Below, piece after piece: positions 44,123 to 55,076 of a DNA stretch of 64,000 nucleotides (its first letter is position 1; each line of letters begins with the position of its first letter). The position numbers and the translations under genes are program-made. The DNA is from Candidatus Jorgensenbacteria bacterium (lineage in GTDB: Bacteria > Patescibacteriota > Minisyncoccia > UBA6257 > GWB1-50-10): NCBI GenBank assembly GCA_043797305.1, contig JAZDPW010000024.1, forward strand, positions 16,650 to 80,649. Direction: 5' to 3'. The notes under the pieces are model-generated. The model was not told where the DNA came from and did not search any database. It saw only the letters and a program-made list of their open reading frames with translations.

Positions 44123-44641
44123 ATGGACCGGAAGAAGCGAATATTGATTTTAATCATCGTTCTTATCGCCTTTGCCGGTATTTTTGTCTGGCCGAAAATT
44201 TCCGACAGAAACGGCGATACTGGGTGGCAAACCTTCACCGATAATGAAACCGGAATTTTCTTCAAGTATCCGGAAAAATTCTCCACAACCTACATCGAGG
44301 CCTATGACTGGCCGCCGCGGGTGGAGGTGCTCGACGAACGCTTTTCCTGCACGGAGGCGGGAGAAGAAACGGCCCGGGCGGGAGAAACCAGGAAAGTCGC
44401 GGTTGGCAATCGCGAGTATTGCGTAACAAGCGTGGTTGGGGCGGCCGCCGGGAGCATCTACACCCAATACGCTTTTGCCTTTCCTAAAAACGACAAAACG
44501 GTGATTTTGACTTTCACCGTCCGTTCGGTCCAGTGCGGCAACTATGATGAGCCGCAAAAAATATTATGCGAAGCCGAACGCGAAACGTTCGACGTCAACA
44601 TCGTAATTGATTACATCGCACAATCGGTTTCATTAAATTGA
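44123..44641 (+). CDS. membrane-anchored hypothetical protein
   Basis: N-terminal anchor ILILIIVLIAFAGIFVW. Overlaps the following NUDIX gene by 4 nt. Confidence 0.4.
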   Translation: MDRKKRILILIIVLIAFAGIFVWPKISDRNGDTGWQTFTDNETGIFFKYPEKFSTTYIEAYDWPPRVEVLDERFSCTEAGEETARAGETRKVAVGNREYCVTSVVGAAAGSIYTQYAFAFPKNDKTVILTFTVRSVQCGNYDEPQKILCEAERETFDVNIVIDYIAQSVSLN

Positions 44642-45108
44642 GAAGGCAAATGAAAGACAATATGCCAAAAGTAGGTTTGGGTGTGGTTCTCGTAAATAAG
44701 GAGGGTAAAATTTTGGTGGAGAAAAGAATAGGAAGCCATGCCCAAAAATATTCAATTCCGGGTGGCCATTTGGAGCTTGGAGAAACCTTCGAACACGGCG
44801 CCATCAGGGAAATCAAGGAAGAAACAAGTCTTAATGCCAAAAACCCGAAAGTGATAGGCGTAACGAACAATTTGGAAACTTACGAGTCCGAAGGAGTACA
44901 CTACATATCCGTGATATTATTGGTAACCGAATATACGGGTGAACTGAAAATAATGGAGCCCGATAAGTGCGAAAAGCAGTTATGGGTTGACCCAAAAAAT
45001 CTCCCGGAGCCCCACTTTGACGCAAGCAGGCTGGGAGTGAAGTGCTATCTCAACGGAACTTTCTACGAACAACCGCCGGAAGTGCCGCCGCATTCAAGAC
45101 ATGTGTAG
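44638..45108 (+). CDS. NUDIX hydrolase
   Basis: Nudix box GGHLELGETFEHGAIREIKEETSL. Confidence 0.85.
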   Translation: MRRQMKDNMPKVGLGVVLVNKEGKILVEKRIGSHAQKYSIPGGHLELGETFEHGAIREIKEETSLNAKNPKVIGVTNNLETYESEGVHYISVILLVTEYTGELKIMEPDKCEKQLWVDPKNLPEPHFDASRLGVKCYLNGTFYEQPPEVPPHSRHV

Positions 45109-47786
45109 CAAGAACCGCTCTGGATCATCATGCCGCCGCAGTTGCGGCAAACCGTGCCGGCAAGAGCAAAGCCGTTTTGAAGCTTTTTGCCGTTTACGGA
45201 AACGACGCGAGGCTCCGGTTTTAAGAAATCCTTGTCATCGGGGAGCATTGCCGGCATCTCTTCCTCAAGATGGGCGAGACCCAGTTCGGCCAAATCTTCT
45301 TTCGATAAGTATTTCAGAGCGAGATAGCGGAAAATATAATCAACGATACTTGTCGCAACCATAATGTCCGGGTTTTCGGTGTAACCGGCCGGTTCAAAAC
45401 GGCTGCGAATATATTTATCCGCGAAAACCTTGAGCGGCACGCCGTACTGAAGGGATATCGAAATCGAAAGAGCGAAAGCGTCCAGGAGTCCGGCAAGAGT
45501 GCTCCCCTGCTTCGCCATCCGAATGAAAATTTCCGCGAGGCGTCCGTCGTCATAAGCGCTGTAAGTGAGATAACCGTTGTGACCGGCGATAACGAACTTG
45601 TGAGTTTCGGAACTTCGGGTTGCCGGCAGTCTTTGCCGGCCGTTGGTTTTCACCGCTCCCTTCTTCGAACTCTTTGAGTGCTCGGTCTGAAGCGGTTGGG
45701 AATGCTTCGAACCGTCACGGTAAACGGCAAAAGCCTTGATGCCGAGACGCCATGCCATCACGTAAGCTTCCTGAATTTCTTCTTTGGTTGCCTCATAAGA
45801 CATATTGAAAGTTTTGGAAATGGCGCCGGAGATGAAAGGCTGGACGGAAGCCACCATCCTCACGTGGCCCTGCCAGGAAATCGCCCGCTTGCCTTCCTTC
45901 GGCTTTACGGCCGTGTCAAAAACCGACAAATGTTCTTCCCGAATGTGCGGGGCGCCTTCGACCGTCCCGTGATTTTTAATCCGGTCGGAAATTTCGCTTA
46001 CTTCTTCCGGAGTGTAGCCGAGATTCAAAAGCGCCTGCGGCACGGCTTCGTTCACGATTCTCATCCAGCCGCCGCCGACCAATTGCTTCATCTTGACGAG
46101 TGAGAAATCGGGTTCGATGCCGGTCGTGGCGCAGTCCATCATGAAAGCGATGGTGCCGGTCGGCGCAATCACCGTCACCTGCGAATTCCTAAAACCCTGC
46201 TCTTTGCCCAATTTCAGGGCTTCGTCCCAAACGTTTCTCGCTTCACTTAAGAGGTTCGCGTCGTCAATGAAAGAATCGTCGATTGCCAAAGACGCTTCAC
46301 GGTGCTTTTTGATTACTCTTTCCATCGGTTCGCGATTCAATTCGTAACCGTTGAAAGGCTTCATTTTGCCGGCAATTTCGGCCGAGTAGCGGTAGGCCTC
46401 GCCGCCCATCAAGGATGATATCGCCCCGGCCCAAGCCCGAGCTTCATCCGAATTGTAGGCAAAGCCCTTGGTCATAAGAAGCGCCCCCAGATTGGCAAAA
46501 CCCAAGCCCAATTCCCTGAAATCGCGGGCGTTTTTGGCGATTTTGTCGGTGGGATAGCTTGAACCGTCAACGATAATATCCTGGGCAAGAATGAAGACGC
46601 GAACCGCCTGCTCGAATTCCCGGACGTTGAAAGTGCCGTCGGCATTCAAGAATTTCAAAAGATTAATGGAAGCCAGGTTGCAAGCGGAGTTGTCGAGATG
46701 CATATACTCGCTGCAGGGATTGGAAGCGTTAATCCGGCCGGAATTGGGGCAGGTATGCCAGTCGTTTATAATCGTATCGAATTGAACGCCCGGATCGCCG
46801 GACTCCCAAGCGGCTTGGGCGATTTCCGAAAGATACTCGCGGGCTCTGCGGGTTTCGGCAACTTCTCCCGAGAGCCGAAAACGGGTTTGCCAGTCACCGT
46901 CCTTCTCAACCGCTTTCATGAAATCGTCGGTGATGCGAACGGAGTTGTTGGCATTCTGAAACTGAATTGAATTCCAAGCTTCGTTGTTCAAGTCACTCAT
47001 GTCATAACCGGCTTCCATGAGCGCTTTGACCTTCTTTTCTTCTTCGGCTTTGCAGCGAATGAAATCCAATACGTCGGGGTGGTCGATGTTCATCACCACC
47101 ATCTTGGCGGCGCGACGAGTAGTGCCGCCGGATTTAATCATGCCGGCAACCGAGTCGGCGCCGCGCATAAAAGAAATCGGACCGGAAGAAGAACCACCGC
47201 CGGAGAGAAGTTCGCGCTTCGAACGGAGCGGTGAAACGTTGATACCCGAACCGGAACCGCCTTTGAAAATAATCCCTTCGGTTTTAATCCAATCGAGAAT
47301 GGAATACATGTCGTCTTCAACCGAGAGAATAAAACAAGCGGCGCACTGCGGATTTTCTTTGGCGCCGACATTAAACCAAACCGGCGAGTTGAAAGAAGCT
47401 TTTTGAGTGACGAGAAGGTAAACAAGTTCGTCTTCAAAAATTTGGGCTTGAGCTTTCGTTTCGAAATAACCGAAGTTCTCTCCCCAACCGCGAATCGTTT
47501 TCGCCACCCGGCTTATCATCTGCTTCACGCTCCATTCGCGCCCGGGAGTGTTCAGTTTTCCGCGGAAATATTTGGAGGCGGTGATGTTTACGGCGTTTTC
47601 CGACCAAAAATCGGGAAATTCAACGTCTTTTTGCTCGAATTTGCCGACTTGAGCGGCGCGCTTCACCCAATTTATCTCATCGTAAGGGTGAACGTCTTTT
47701 TTCGTAAAAAATCTTTTAATTTTAAAACCGAAATCGGCGGCGACTTTTTTGGAAACACTGATTGTTGGGTTTTTTATTTCCGACAT
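45063..47786 (-). CDS. nrdJ: ribonucleoside-triphosphate/diphosphate reductase, adenosylcobalamin-dependent (class II)
   Basis: 907 aa. Active-site NPCSEYMHLDNSACNLASINL. C-terminal Zn-ribbon CRNCGG...CYTCLECGG. No nrdB partner present. Confidence 0.7.
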   Translation of the reverse strand: MSEIKNPTISVSKKVAADFGFKIKRFFTKKDVHPYDEINWVKRAAQVGKFEQKDVEFPDFWSENAVNITASKYFRGKLNTPGREWSVKQMISRVAKTIRGWGENFGYFETKAQAQIFEDELVYLLVTQKASFNSPVWFNVGAKENPQCAACFILSVEDDMYSILDWIKTEGIIFKGGSGSGINVSPLRSKRELLSGGGSSSGPISFMRGADSVAGMIKSGGTTRRAAKMVVMNIDHPDVLDFIRCKAEEEKKVKALMEAGYDMSDLNNEAWNSIQFQNANNSVRITDDFMKAVEKDGDWQTRFRLSGEVAETRRAREYLSEIAQAAWESGDPGVQFDTIINDWHTCPNSGRINASNPCSEYMHLDNSACNLASINLLKFLNADGTFNVREFEQAVRVFILAQDIIVDGSSYPTDKIAKNARDFRELGLGFANLGALLMTKGFAYNSDEARAWAGAISSLMGGEAYRYSAEIAGKMKPFNGYELNREPMERVIKKHREASLAIDDSFIDDANLLSEARNVWDEALKLGKEQGFRNSQVTVIAPTGTIAFMMDCATTGIEPDFSLVKMKQLVGGGWMRIVNEAVPQALLNLGYTPEEVSEISDRIKNHGTVEGAPHIREEHLSVFDTAVKPKEGKRAISWQGHVRMVASVQPFISGAISKTFNMSYEATKEEIQEAYVMAWRLGIKAFAVYRDGSKHSQPLQTEHSKSSKKGAVKTNGRQRLPATRSSETHKFVIAGHNGYLTYSAYDDGRLAEIFIRMAKQGSTLAGLLDAFALSISISLQYGVPLKVFADKYIRSRFEPAGYTENPDIMVATSIVDYIFRYLALKYLSKEDLAELGLAHLEEEMPAMLPDDKDFLKPEPRVVSVNGKKLQNGFALAGTVCRNCGGMMIQSGSCYTCLECGGTSGGCS

Positions 47787-47890
47787 ATTAAGAAAAAAAA
47801 TGGGGGTTGACCTCCCTCATTATGGAGGGGGTGGGGGTAAGACCGCAAGTGTTGATAACTCCCCAAAACGACATAACTTGACAGCGTTGT

Positions 47891-49057
47891 CTATTTTGAG
47901 CTCCGGGGAGTGGGCGCGGATTGGACTTCGAACCGGTTTTCTTCCCAGGACGAACGTTCCAAGCTCGAGCCCTTGGGAATTTCCGTCCAAAAAACCGAAT
48001 CGGCAACAGTCCCATCACTCTTATATAGGTAAAGACCGTTTTCGGCATAAGCCAAAGCATAGGAAGCCGGCCATTCGAGGTCCGGCGACGGAGTCCCCGG
48101 CCAGCCGACCGGGTTTACGATGAGAAAATATCTGTTCGCCCCGATGGTTTTCCCCTCCAGGCGGCTTGCGACCACAAAACTTGACTCGCTGCCGGTCGAG
48201 CTCCGCTTCTTTATGTTCCACCCAGTCATGTCCACGGCCAAGGAACCGGGATTGTAGAGTTCCACGAATTCGTATTTTGAATTTTCCGCCGTTCCGACCA
48301 TAATTTCGCTGATTAAAATGCCCACCGCTTCGCTTTTCGGAAGTTCGACTTCCGAAACGTTGCTTTCAACTTCGGAAGTTTTAACTTCTTGGGAAACCGA
48401 ACCTGAGGAAGGCGCGGAATTTTCCTTATCGGGCGTACCACCGGCAACGCTTGCGGTGTACCATGAAAAATCCTTACCCGCTCGCTCCATCGTAAATTTG
48501 TTTTTATTGTCGCCGGCCGGCCAGTCGGGAGCGGCGAGTACTTCGTCGATTAAGTTGCACTCATCGTCGAACAACCGCAAACCCTCTTCGCTGTTTCTCA
48601 AGTTGCCGCTAAAATCTTCGTCGCGCCGGAGAACCAAGAATTCTCCTGAATCTATTTCGTTTGCGGAAAAAATAATTTTTATCTGCTCGTCCTTGTCCAA
48701 AACCTGCCAGCCGGAAATATCAACCGCCCGCCCGCCGATATTTTTGAGTTCAATCCACTCGTTCGAAAAATCTTCTTTACCACCCATCCAGGCGACTTCG
48801 TTAAAAATAATAGGACCTGTAAGGTCTATGGGACTTATAGAATTAATAAAAGAACAGGTTTTTGTTTTAGAGAACTCTTCCGAACTTACCGTTTTCTTTT
48901 TTTCCGCCGCTTCTTCGCTTTTGCCGCTCAAGGAAATTTGGGCAATCATCTTTTCTTCGGGGAAAAACGTCCGGGTAACGACATCGGTATTGCCGGCAAT
49001 AAGAAACCCCAAGATAAGAAAAACGGCCGCAACGAGGGTATGCTTAATCCCCCACAT
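47891..49057 (-). CDS. lamin tail domain (LTD) protein, secreted/membrane-anchored
   Basis: Two LTD-like segments (IIFNEVAWMG...EWIELKNIG and ISEIMVGTAENSKYEFVELYNPG...MTGWNIK). Start taken at MWGIKHTLVAAVFLILGFL because the longer ORF-track start overlaps the divergent gene and its TATAAT. Confidence 0.55.
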   Translation of the reverse strand: MWGIKHTLVAAVFLILGFLIAGNTDVVTRTFFPEEKMIAQISLSGKSEEAAEKKKTVSSEEFSKTKTCSFINSISPIDLTGPIIFNEVAWMGGKEDFSNEWIELKNIGGRAVDISGWQVLDKDEQIKIIFSANEIDSGEFLVLRRDEDFSGNLRNSEEGLRLFDDECNLIDEVLAAPDWPAGDNKNKFTMERAGKDFSWYTASVAGGTPDKENSAPSSGSVSQEVKTSEVESNVSEVELPKSEAVGILISEIMVGTAENSKYEFVELYNPGSLAVDMTGWNIKKRSSTGSESSFVVASRLEGKTIGANRYFLIVNPVGWPGTPSPDLEWPASYALAYAENGLYLYKSDGTVADSVFWTEIPKGSSLERSSWEENRFEVQSAPTPRSSK

Positions 49058-49116
49058 AACAAAAGTATATCCCGCCGCAAACCCGCCCTCAACCGGGAAT
49101 TGGTATAATTTAATCA

Positions 49117-50067
49117 ATGCCAAAGAAACTGCTTTTTATCTTCCTTTTCTCGGCGGCTCTAACAATTAGCGCCTACTTGGGCTTCCAGGAAATCCAAAGA
49201 GCGGCGGCCGACGACAATCCCGGCACCGATATCAGCTCCACCAACAAATACGCCTGGTCGGACATAAGCGAGTGGTGGGATTTTCACTATTACCACAACG
49301 TCGACGTGGGAACGTCCACTATTTCCGGCTACGCTTCCTCCTCGGTCGGCGAAATATCGCTTGATTGCGCGACAAGCCCCTTGGGCAACATCTGCGGTAC
49401 TTCCAATTATAAGGTCACCAACCCGTCGGGCTCCGGCAGTCTTTCCGGCTGCGGCTGGAATGATTCCATCGGCTGGGTAAGCTTTTGGTGCGGCGACGGC
49501 AATTGTGACGGCAGCGGCACCGAAGATGCCTCAAGCGTTTGCGCCAGTTCCAACTACCGGGTAACGATTGACGCGAACGGCCTTTTTAACGGTTACGCCT
49601 GGAGCGACGTTGACGGCTGGGTAAGTTTCAATTGCGCCAACCCGGGTGTCTGCGCCGATTCCAACTACAAAGTTGAGACAAGCTGGCGGGCGGGAGAACT
49701 CACCGGTACATTGGAGTCTTCGATTTTCGACACTCAGGTCGTGGGGGGCGCCACCTTAAACAGCATCCTCTGGCAAGGAGTGCAACCGGCCGGCACCTGC
49801 GTCAAATTCCAAATTGCCGTTTCCGAAAATTCGAGCGGCCCCTGGAATTTCTGGGGACCGGATGCGGCCTGTGACGGCTCGGGCGATACCAATCAATATT
49901 TCGGCAGTTCTTGTCCGGGGCCGGACAGCACGATTCAAATTTCCGGCTGCAACCGCGATTGGATAAAAGACAATCGTTATCTCCGCTACCGGGTGATTCT
50001 CGAATCCGACACGGCGCAAAGTTTGACGCCGAGAATCGACGACATCATTTTGAACTGGTCCAGATAA
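49117..50067 (+). CDS. secreted repeat protein (three ~50-aa Cys/Trp-rich repeats with GWVSF(W/N)C)
   Basis: Signal peptide. Repeats YAWSDISEWWDF, GCGWNDSIGWVSFWC, YAWSDVDGWVSFNC. TATAAT 7 nt upstream of the ATG. Confidence 0.5.
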   Translation: MPKKLLFIFLFSAALTISAYLGFQEIQRAAADDNPGTDISSTNKYAWSDISEWWDFHYYHNVDVGTSTISGYASSSVGEISLDCATSPLGNICGTSNYKVTNPSGSGSLSGCGWNDSIGWVSFWCGDGNCDGSGTEDASSVCASSNYRVTIDANGLFNGYAWSDVDGWVSFNCANPGVCADSNYKVETSWRAGELTGTLESSIFDTQVVGGATLNSILWQGVQPAGTCVKFQIAVSENSSGPWNFWGPDAACDGSGDTNQYFGSSCPGPDSTIQISGCNRDWIKDNRYLRYRVILESDTAQSLTPRIDDIILNWSR

Positions 50068-51494
50068 TGAAATTATATAATTCTCTTTCCAGGAAAAAAG
50101 AGGTTTTCAAGCCGATTAACAAAAGTTACGTCGGGTTGTATACCTGCGGCCCAACGGTTTACAACTACGCCCACATAGGAAATCTCCGAACTTTCATTTT
50201 TGAGGATGTTTTAGAAAAAACTCTTCGGTGGAACGGCTATGACGTGAAAAGAGTAATGAACATAACCGATGTCGGACACCTAACCGGGGATGTCGACACG
50301 GGCAGCGATAAAATCGAAGAAAGCGCCAAAGCTCAAAAGAAAACGCCGGCACAAGTAGCGGCTTTTTACACCCGCGCTTTTCTTAACGACCTCGAGAAGG
50401 TGAACATCAAACGACCGCCCGCCCTTGCTCCCGCAACCAAGTACGTAAAAGAGATGCAGTCGCTCATAAAAGAGCTTTTAAAAAAGGGTTACGCTTATGA
50501 AACCCCGCAAGCGATTTACTTTGATGTGACCAAATTCAAAAACTACGGAAAGCTCTCCGGGCAGTCGCTGAAAGAAAAAATAAAATCAGCTCGCAAAGAA
50601 GTAATTGACGATCCTGCGAAAAAAAATGCGGCTGATTTCGCTCTTTGGTTTAAGCTCGCCGGTCGTTTTAAAAACCATCTCCAGTACTGGAAGTCGCCAT
50701 GGGGTGAAGGGTTCCCGGGCTGGCACATCGAGTGTTCGGCGATTTCCCGCAAATTCCTCGGCCAACCGTTCGACATTCACACCGGCGGAGTCGACCACAT
50801 CGGAACCCACCACGAAAACGAAATTGCTCAGTCAGAAGCCGCTTACGGAAAACCGCTCGCAAAAATATGGATGCATGGGGAATTTTTGATAATAAACAAA
50901 AAACGTATGGGGAAATCCGAGGGTAATTTCATAACGCTCAAGGATATGGAATATAAAGGATACAACCCTCTCGCATTCCGTTATCTGGTTTTAAACACGC
51001 ACTACAGAAAGGGATTAAACTTTGACTGGGAAAGTTTGAAAAATGCGGCTAAAGCATTGAAGAGCATTTATCAATCCATCACTGCTTTTGCGATAAGACA
51101 GGGCGACGATCCTGGAAAATTTGCACTGCCTAAGAAAGCGGAGGAATACAAGAATAAATTTGAGTCGGCAATAAACTCCGATTTAAACACTCCCGGCGCG
51201 CTTGCTATCCTGCATTCGGTAATTAACGCCGAAGATATAAGTCTCGCTGAGAAGATTTTTTTAACCCTGGAGTTCGACAAGGTTTTGGGACTCGGGTTTG
51301 GTAAACACGGAATCGCTCCAAAAATACCCGCGGAAATAAGGAAATTAATCGAAAAGCGGGAGTTATTCAGAGCCAATAAACAGTTTACGCAGGCCGACGC
51401 CTTGAGAAAAAGAATCCGGGTGTTAGGATATGAAGTGGAAGACACGCCCTTAGGGCCGCTAATTTTCCCCATCAGACAAAATTCGTATGGCTAA
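50067..51494 (+). CDS. cysS: cysteine--tRNA ligase
   Basis: [16 protein letters not shown]...[18 protein letters not shown] (HIGH), KMSKS as KMGKSEGN. ATG overlaps the upstream stop (TAATG). The ORF-track 5' extension is rejected. Confidence 0.9.
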   Translation: MKLYNSLSRKKEVFKPINKSYVGLYTCGPTVYNYAHIGNLRTFIFEDVLEKTLRWNGYDVKRVMNITDVGHLTGDVDTGSDKIEESAKAQKKTPAQVAAFYTRAFLNDLEKVNIKRPPALAPATKYVKEMQSLIKELLKKGYAYETPQAIYFDVTKFKNYGKLSGQSLKEKIKSARKEVIDDPAKKNAADFALWFKLAGRFKNHLQYWKSPWGEGFPGWHIECSAISRKFLGQPFDIHTGGVDHIGTHHENEIAQSEAAYGKPLAKIWMHGEFLIINKKRMGKSEGNFITLKDMEYKGYNPLAFRYLVLNTHYRKGLNFDWESLKNAAKALKSIYQSITAFAIRQGDDPGKFALPKKAEEYKNKFESAINSDLNTPGALAILHSVINAEDISLAEKIFLTLEFDKVLGLGFGKHGIAPKIPAEIRKLIEKRELFRANKQFTQADALRKRIRVLGYEVEDTPLGPLIFPIRQNSYG

Positions 51495-52836
51495 AGACAA
51501 GATAAAAGTTCCGCCGCAGGACCTTGAAGCCGAACGCTCGGTTTTAGGTTCGGTTCTCATTGATAAAAACGCGATTCTTAAAATCGTGGACACCTTGGAG
51601 CCTTCGGATTTTTATCATCCCCACCATCAGGAAATATACGAATGCGCAGTGGAGCTTTTCGAGAAAGGCGAACCGATTGATATCTTGACCGTTTCCACCC
51701 GCCTCAAGGAAAAGAAAAAGCTGGGCGAAATCGGCGGCGCCGACTATCTTTCGGAACTGGTGAGCGTCGTCCCTACCTCCGCTCACGTAGATCATTATGC
51801 CAGCATCGTCCGGGAAAACCGGGTCCGTCGCGACCTTATTAGGGCCTCATCGGAGATAAACGAGCAAGCCCTCGACCAGGAAGACTTCGAATCGCTTTTG
51901 GACAGGGTTGAAGAAAAAGTTTTCAACATCTCCAGCCGCTCCAAGGCCCAGAAATTCATCCACGTAAAAGACGAATTGACCACTGCCTACGAACGGCTGG
52001 AAAATCTCCACCGCGGCGAAGGTAAAACTCTCCGGGGAATCCCGACTTATTTCAACAGCCTTGATAATATCCTCTCCGGCTTCCAAAAATCGGACCTCAT
52101 TATCATCGGCGCCCGGCCTTCTTTCGGAAAAACTACTTTCGCCCTCGATGTGGCAAGACAAGCCACCCTCCACGGGCACACGGTCGGCGTCTTTTCGCTC
52201 GAAATGTCCCGCGACCAGATAATCGACCGCCTGATTGCGGCTCAGGCCCAAATCCCGCTCTGGCGCCTCCGGACCGGCCGTTTGAACGACGAAATAGAGT
52301 TTGCCTTGATCCAGCAGGCGCTGGACGAAATTTCCAAAACGAACCTCTTTATCGACGATACGCCTTCGCCGGACATTCTTCAGATGCGGTCAATGGCAAG
52401 GCGCCTCCAGGTTGAGCGCGGGCTTGATATGCTCGTCATCGATTATCTCCAGCTTATCCGGCCGCGAACCGATTCGGACAGCATGGTTCACCAGGTTACC
52501 GAAATTTCCCGGGGCCTGAAATCGCTTGCCCGGGAACTTTCTATTCCCATTCTCGCCGTTTCTCAGCTTTCGAGAGGGGTTGAACAAAGAGAAGGCAAAG
52601 TCCCCCGCCTCTCCGATTTGCGGGAATCCGGCTCGCTCGAACAGGATGCCGATGTCGTGCTTTTCCTCTACCGCAAAGACCGCGGTTCAATCGACGTGCC
52701 GGAAGAAGACCAAAACATAGTGGAGGTAATTATCGCCAAACACCGGAACGGGCCCCTGGGCACCGTAAAACTCCGATTCGACCAGGAGAAAGTAACTTTC
52801 CGAAACATCGACACGAAACATATCTTGGAAGAGTAA
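51487..52836 (+). CDS. dnaB: replicative DNA helicase
   Basis: N-terminal DnaB domain (ERSVLGSVLID), Walker A GARPSFGKTTFAL, RecA-like C-terminal domain. 449 aa. Confidence 0.9.
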   Translation: MAKDKIKVPPQDLEAERSVLGSVLIDKNAILKIVDTLEPSDFYHPHHQEIYECAVELFEKGEPIDILTVSTRLKEKKKLGEIGGADYLSELVSVVPTSAHVDHYASIVRENRVRRDLIRASSEINEQALDQEDFESLLDRVEEKVFNISSRSKAQKFIHVKDELTTAYERLENLHRGEGKTLRGIPTYFNSLDNILSGFQKSDLIIIGARPSFGKTTFALDVARQATLHGHTVGVFSLEMSRDQIIDRLIAAQAQIPLWRLRTGRLNDEIEFALIQQALDEISKTNLFIDDTPSPDILQMRSMARRLQVERGLDMLVIDYLQLIRPRTDSDSMVHQVTEISRGLKSLARELSIPILAVSQLSRGVEQREGKVPRLSDLRESGSLEQDADVVLFLYRKDRGSIDVPEEDQNIVEVIIAKHRNGPLGTVKLRFDQEKVTFRNIDTKHILEE

Positions 52837-53433
52837 ATGTTGCCGGAGCCGATTAAAAAATTCATAGAGGTTTTTTCCAAACTCCCCGCCATCGGCCCCC
52901 GGATGGCGACGCGGCTTTCTTTTTACCTTTCCAGCCTGGACAAAAACAGCCTGAAAGAACTGGAAGACGCCTTGGGCGACCTGAAAAAAATAAGCCGCTG
53001 TCCGAATTGTTTCTTTTTGAAAAGCGGCGGTCACCTCTGCCCGATTTGTTCCGACCCCAGAAGGGACAAGAGCCTCATTGCAGTTTTAGAGAAAGATACC
53101 GACCTTTTGTCGATTGAAAAGACCGGAAATTTCAAGGGGCAGTATCTTATAATCGGCGAGTTGAACGAAAGGGAAGGTTTGGGCAGCGCCCACAAACTCC
53201 GAATCAAGCACCTGAAAGAAAGAATCAAGCGCGACCTTAATGGAAAAGCGAAAGAAATAATTCTGGCCTTAAACCCGACCGTTTTCGGAAATTTCACTTC
53301 CGACCTCCTTCGCAAAGAGTTTGAGGGTTACGCCCTAAAAATCACCCGTCTTGGCCGGGGAATCCCCACTGGCGGCGAAATAGAATTCGCCGACGAAGAA
53401 ACCCTCTCGCAAGCGCTTGAGAGACGGAATTAA
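52837..53433 (+). CDS. recR: recombination protein RecR
   Basis: HhH N-terminus (LPAIGPRMATRLSFYL), C4 zinc finger (CPNC...CPIC), Toprim domain. Confidence 0.85.
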   Translation: MLPEPIKKFIEVFSKLPAIGPRMATRLSFYLSSLDKNSLKELEDALGDLKKISRCPNCFFLKSGGHLCPICSDPRRDKSLIAVLEKDTDLLSIEKTGNFKGQYLIIGELNEREGLGSAHKLRIKHLKERIKRDLNGKAKEIILALNPTVFGNFTSDLLRKEFEGYALKITRLGRGIPTGGEIEFADEETLSQALERRN

Positions 53434-53469
53434 ACTCCGCAAGAGGGAGGGAATGGTTTTCCCGACTAT

Positions 53470-53778
53470 TTAGGAAATCTTGGTGATTTCCACCTCGGTG
53501 TAATACTGGCGGTGAGTGTTTTTCACGCGCCGGCGGGTCTTCGAGCTGTATTTAAAAACGATTTTCTTCCTGCTCCGGCCGCTCCCTGCAACCTTCGCCT
53601 CCACTTTGGAGCCTAGGATATAAGGCGAGCCGATTTCCGCATTCTTACCGTCGCCCTTGAAGAGAACTTTGTCAAAAACCACAATCTCGCCGTCCCCGGT
53701 TTCAAGCTTTTCCACTTTCAACTTGTCGCCCGGGGCGACTTTATATTGCTTGCCTCCTGTTTCAATAATCGCGAACAT
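53470..53778 (-). CDS. rplU: 50S ribosomal protein L21
   Basis: MFAIIETGGKQYKVAPGDKLKVEKL matches L21 N-terminus (MYAVIETGGKQY). The ORF-track N-terminal extension is rejected. Confidence 0.85.
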   Translation of the reverse strand: MFAIIETGGKQYKVAPGDKLKVEKLETGDGEIVVFDKVLFKGDGKNAEIGSPYILGSKVEAKVAGSGRSRKKIVFKYSSKTRRRVKNTHRQYYTEVEITKIS

Positions 53779-53866
53779 AGAACGAAATATACCAGCACTC
53801 CTTAAAAAACGCAAACCCCGCCTGTTCATGGACAGGCGGGGTTCTTTAAACAAACAATAGCTCGAG

Positions 53867-54556
53867 CTACCTTTCCGTGTGCTCTCTCAACTTACCGATG
53901 AGATGCACCGCGTAATCCTTACCACCCAGGCCGAAAGCAATACCGCCGGCAATGGCGAGCATCGCTACAAACCCGGTCACGATGGAATTAAGGATGGAAA
54001 CGGCAATACCGAGCTGGGACAGAGCCGCAAAGAATCCGAAGATAACAATCGCCCACCACGTAAGCGTAGCCAAAAAGCTCGCTCCGTGAAGTTTGGTGCT
54101 CTTTACGGACGCTTTGACGACGTGGCGAAGGAAATTACCAACCACAACGGCCGCCAGCATTATAAGGACTGCTCCAATCACATTCCTGCCGATAAAGGTC
54201 GCAATGTCTCTCAAGAAACTGGAGAGAGTAAAGAGGCCAAGAATGTCAGTAGCCGCCAAAAGGAAGACTACCACCAAAAACCAGTAAACCAACCGCCCCA
54301 GGAATTTGCCGCTGTTTATGGAAAGGCCTGCTCTCTCGAAGTATTCCTCGATACCTAAGCTCGTAAGAAGTCTGTCGAGTTTGACAGCCGCGATTATTCT
54401 CTCAACCAAAGCTCCCAAGCCGGAAGCGACGATAAGACCGACGATGAGCACGATAAGCGCGCCCACGATGTCGCCCAAAACGCCGACTGCCGCGACCCAA
54501 AGGTCTTGCAGGGATCCCACAATAACCGATACCCAATCTTGGATAACCATAATCAA
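53867..54556 (-). CDS. membrane protein with repeated conserved TM-helix motif (MscS-N-terminal-like)
   Basis: Several TM helices with repeated GxxLxxxIxxxVxxLxxxGI-like pattern. No channel domain recognised. Confidence 0.35.
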   Translation of the reverse strand: MIMVIQDWVSVIVGSLQDLWVAAVGVLGDIVGALIVLIVGLIVASGLGALVERIIAAVKLDRLLTSLGIEEYFERAGLSINSGKFLGRLVYWFLVVVFLLAATDILGLFTLSSFLRDIATFIGRNVIGAVLIMLAAVVVGNFLRHVVKASVKSTKLHGASFLATLTWWAIVIFGFFAALSQLGIAVSILNSIVTGFVAMLAIAGGIAFGLGGKDYAVHLIGKLREHTER

Positions 54557-54674
54557 TAACTTATGACTTTTGACTCATAACTAACGACAAGTTACTTGTC
54601 ATTAGTCATTTGTCGTTTACAATCGACCTTTTAGCTTTAATGCTTTGCTATTATTATAAACAATCGCGATTGTT

Positions 54675-55076
54675 ATGGAAAACAAACATTTCCACAGGCA
54701 AAAAGGGCTTGAAAAGGAGTTAATTGCCGTAGGTTTGGTCCTGATTTTGGGTCATATTCTCGGTTCGTTTTATGACGGGTACGACCGTTACTTCTTCCTT
54801 GACATCATCGTCCATTTTGCCGGCGGCGCCTGGCTTGCCCTTGCCGTTCTTGCTATTTTCCCTTTCTTCAAGAAAGTTTCCGGTTTCAAAGGATTTCTGC
54901 TACCGATGATTCTAATCATTTTTGCGGCCGGAGCGGCTTGGGAAGTTTTCGAATTCGCGGTTGAACGATATTATTCGGTGAATTTCCAGGGACCGCCGCT
55001 TGATACCCTATCGGACTTAATAATTGACACGCTTGGCGGCATCACCGCCGCGCTCTACGTTAAATTTCGTGGCTGA
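54675..55076 (+). CDS. hypothetical membrane protein
   Basis: 3-4 TM helices. No motif recognised. Confidence 0.35.
   Translation: MENKHFHRQKGLEKELIAVGLVLILGHILGSFYDGYDRYFFLDIIVHFAGGAWLALAVLAIFPFFKKVSGFKGFLLPMILIIFAAGAAWEVFEFAVERYYSVNFQGPPLDTLSDLIIDTLGGITAALYVKFRG

Noticed and set aside
45063-47786. Class I (NrdAB) assignment for the ribonucleotide reductase
   Set aside because: There is no nrdB-like small subunit or N-terminal ATP-cone. The single long chain with a C-terminal CxxC...CxxC ribbon fits class II better. The call remains motif-based.
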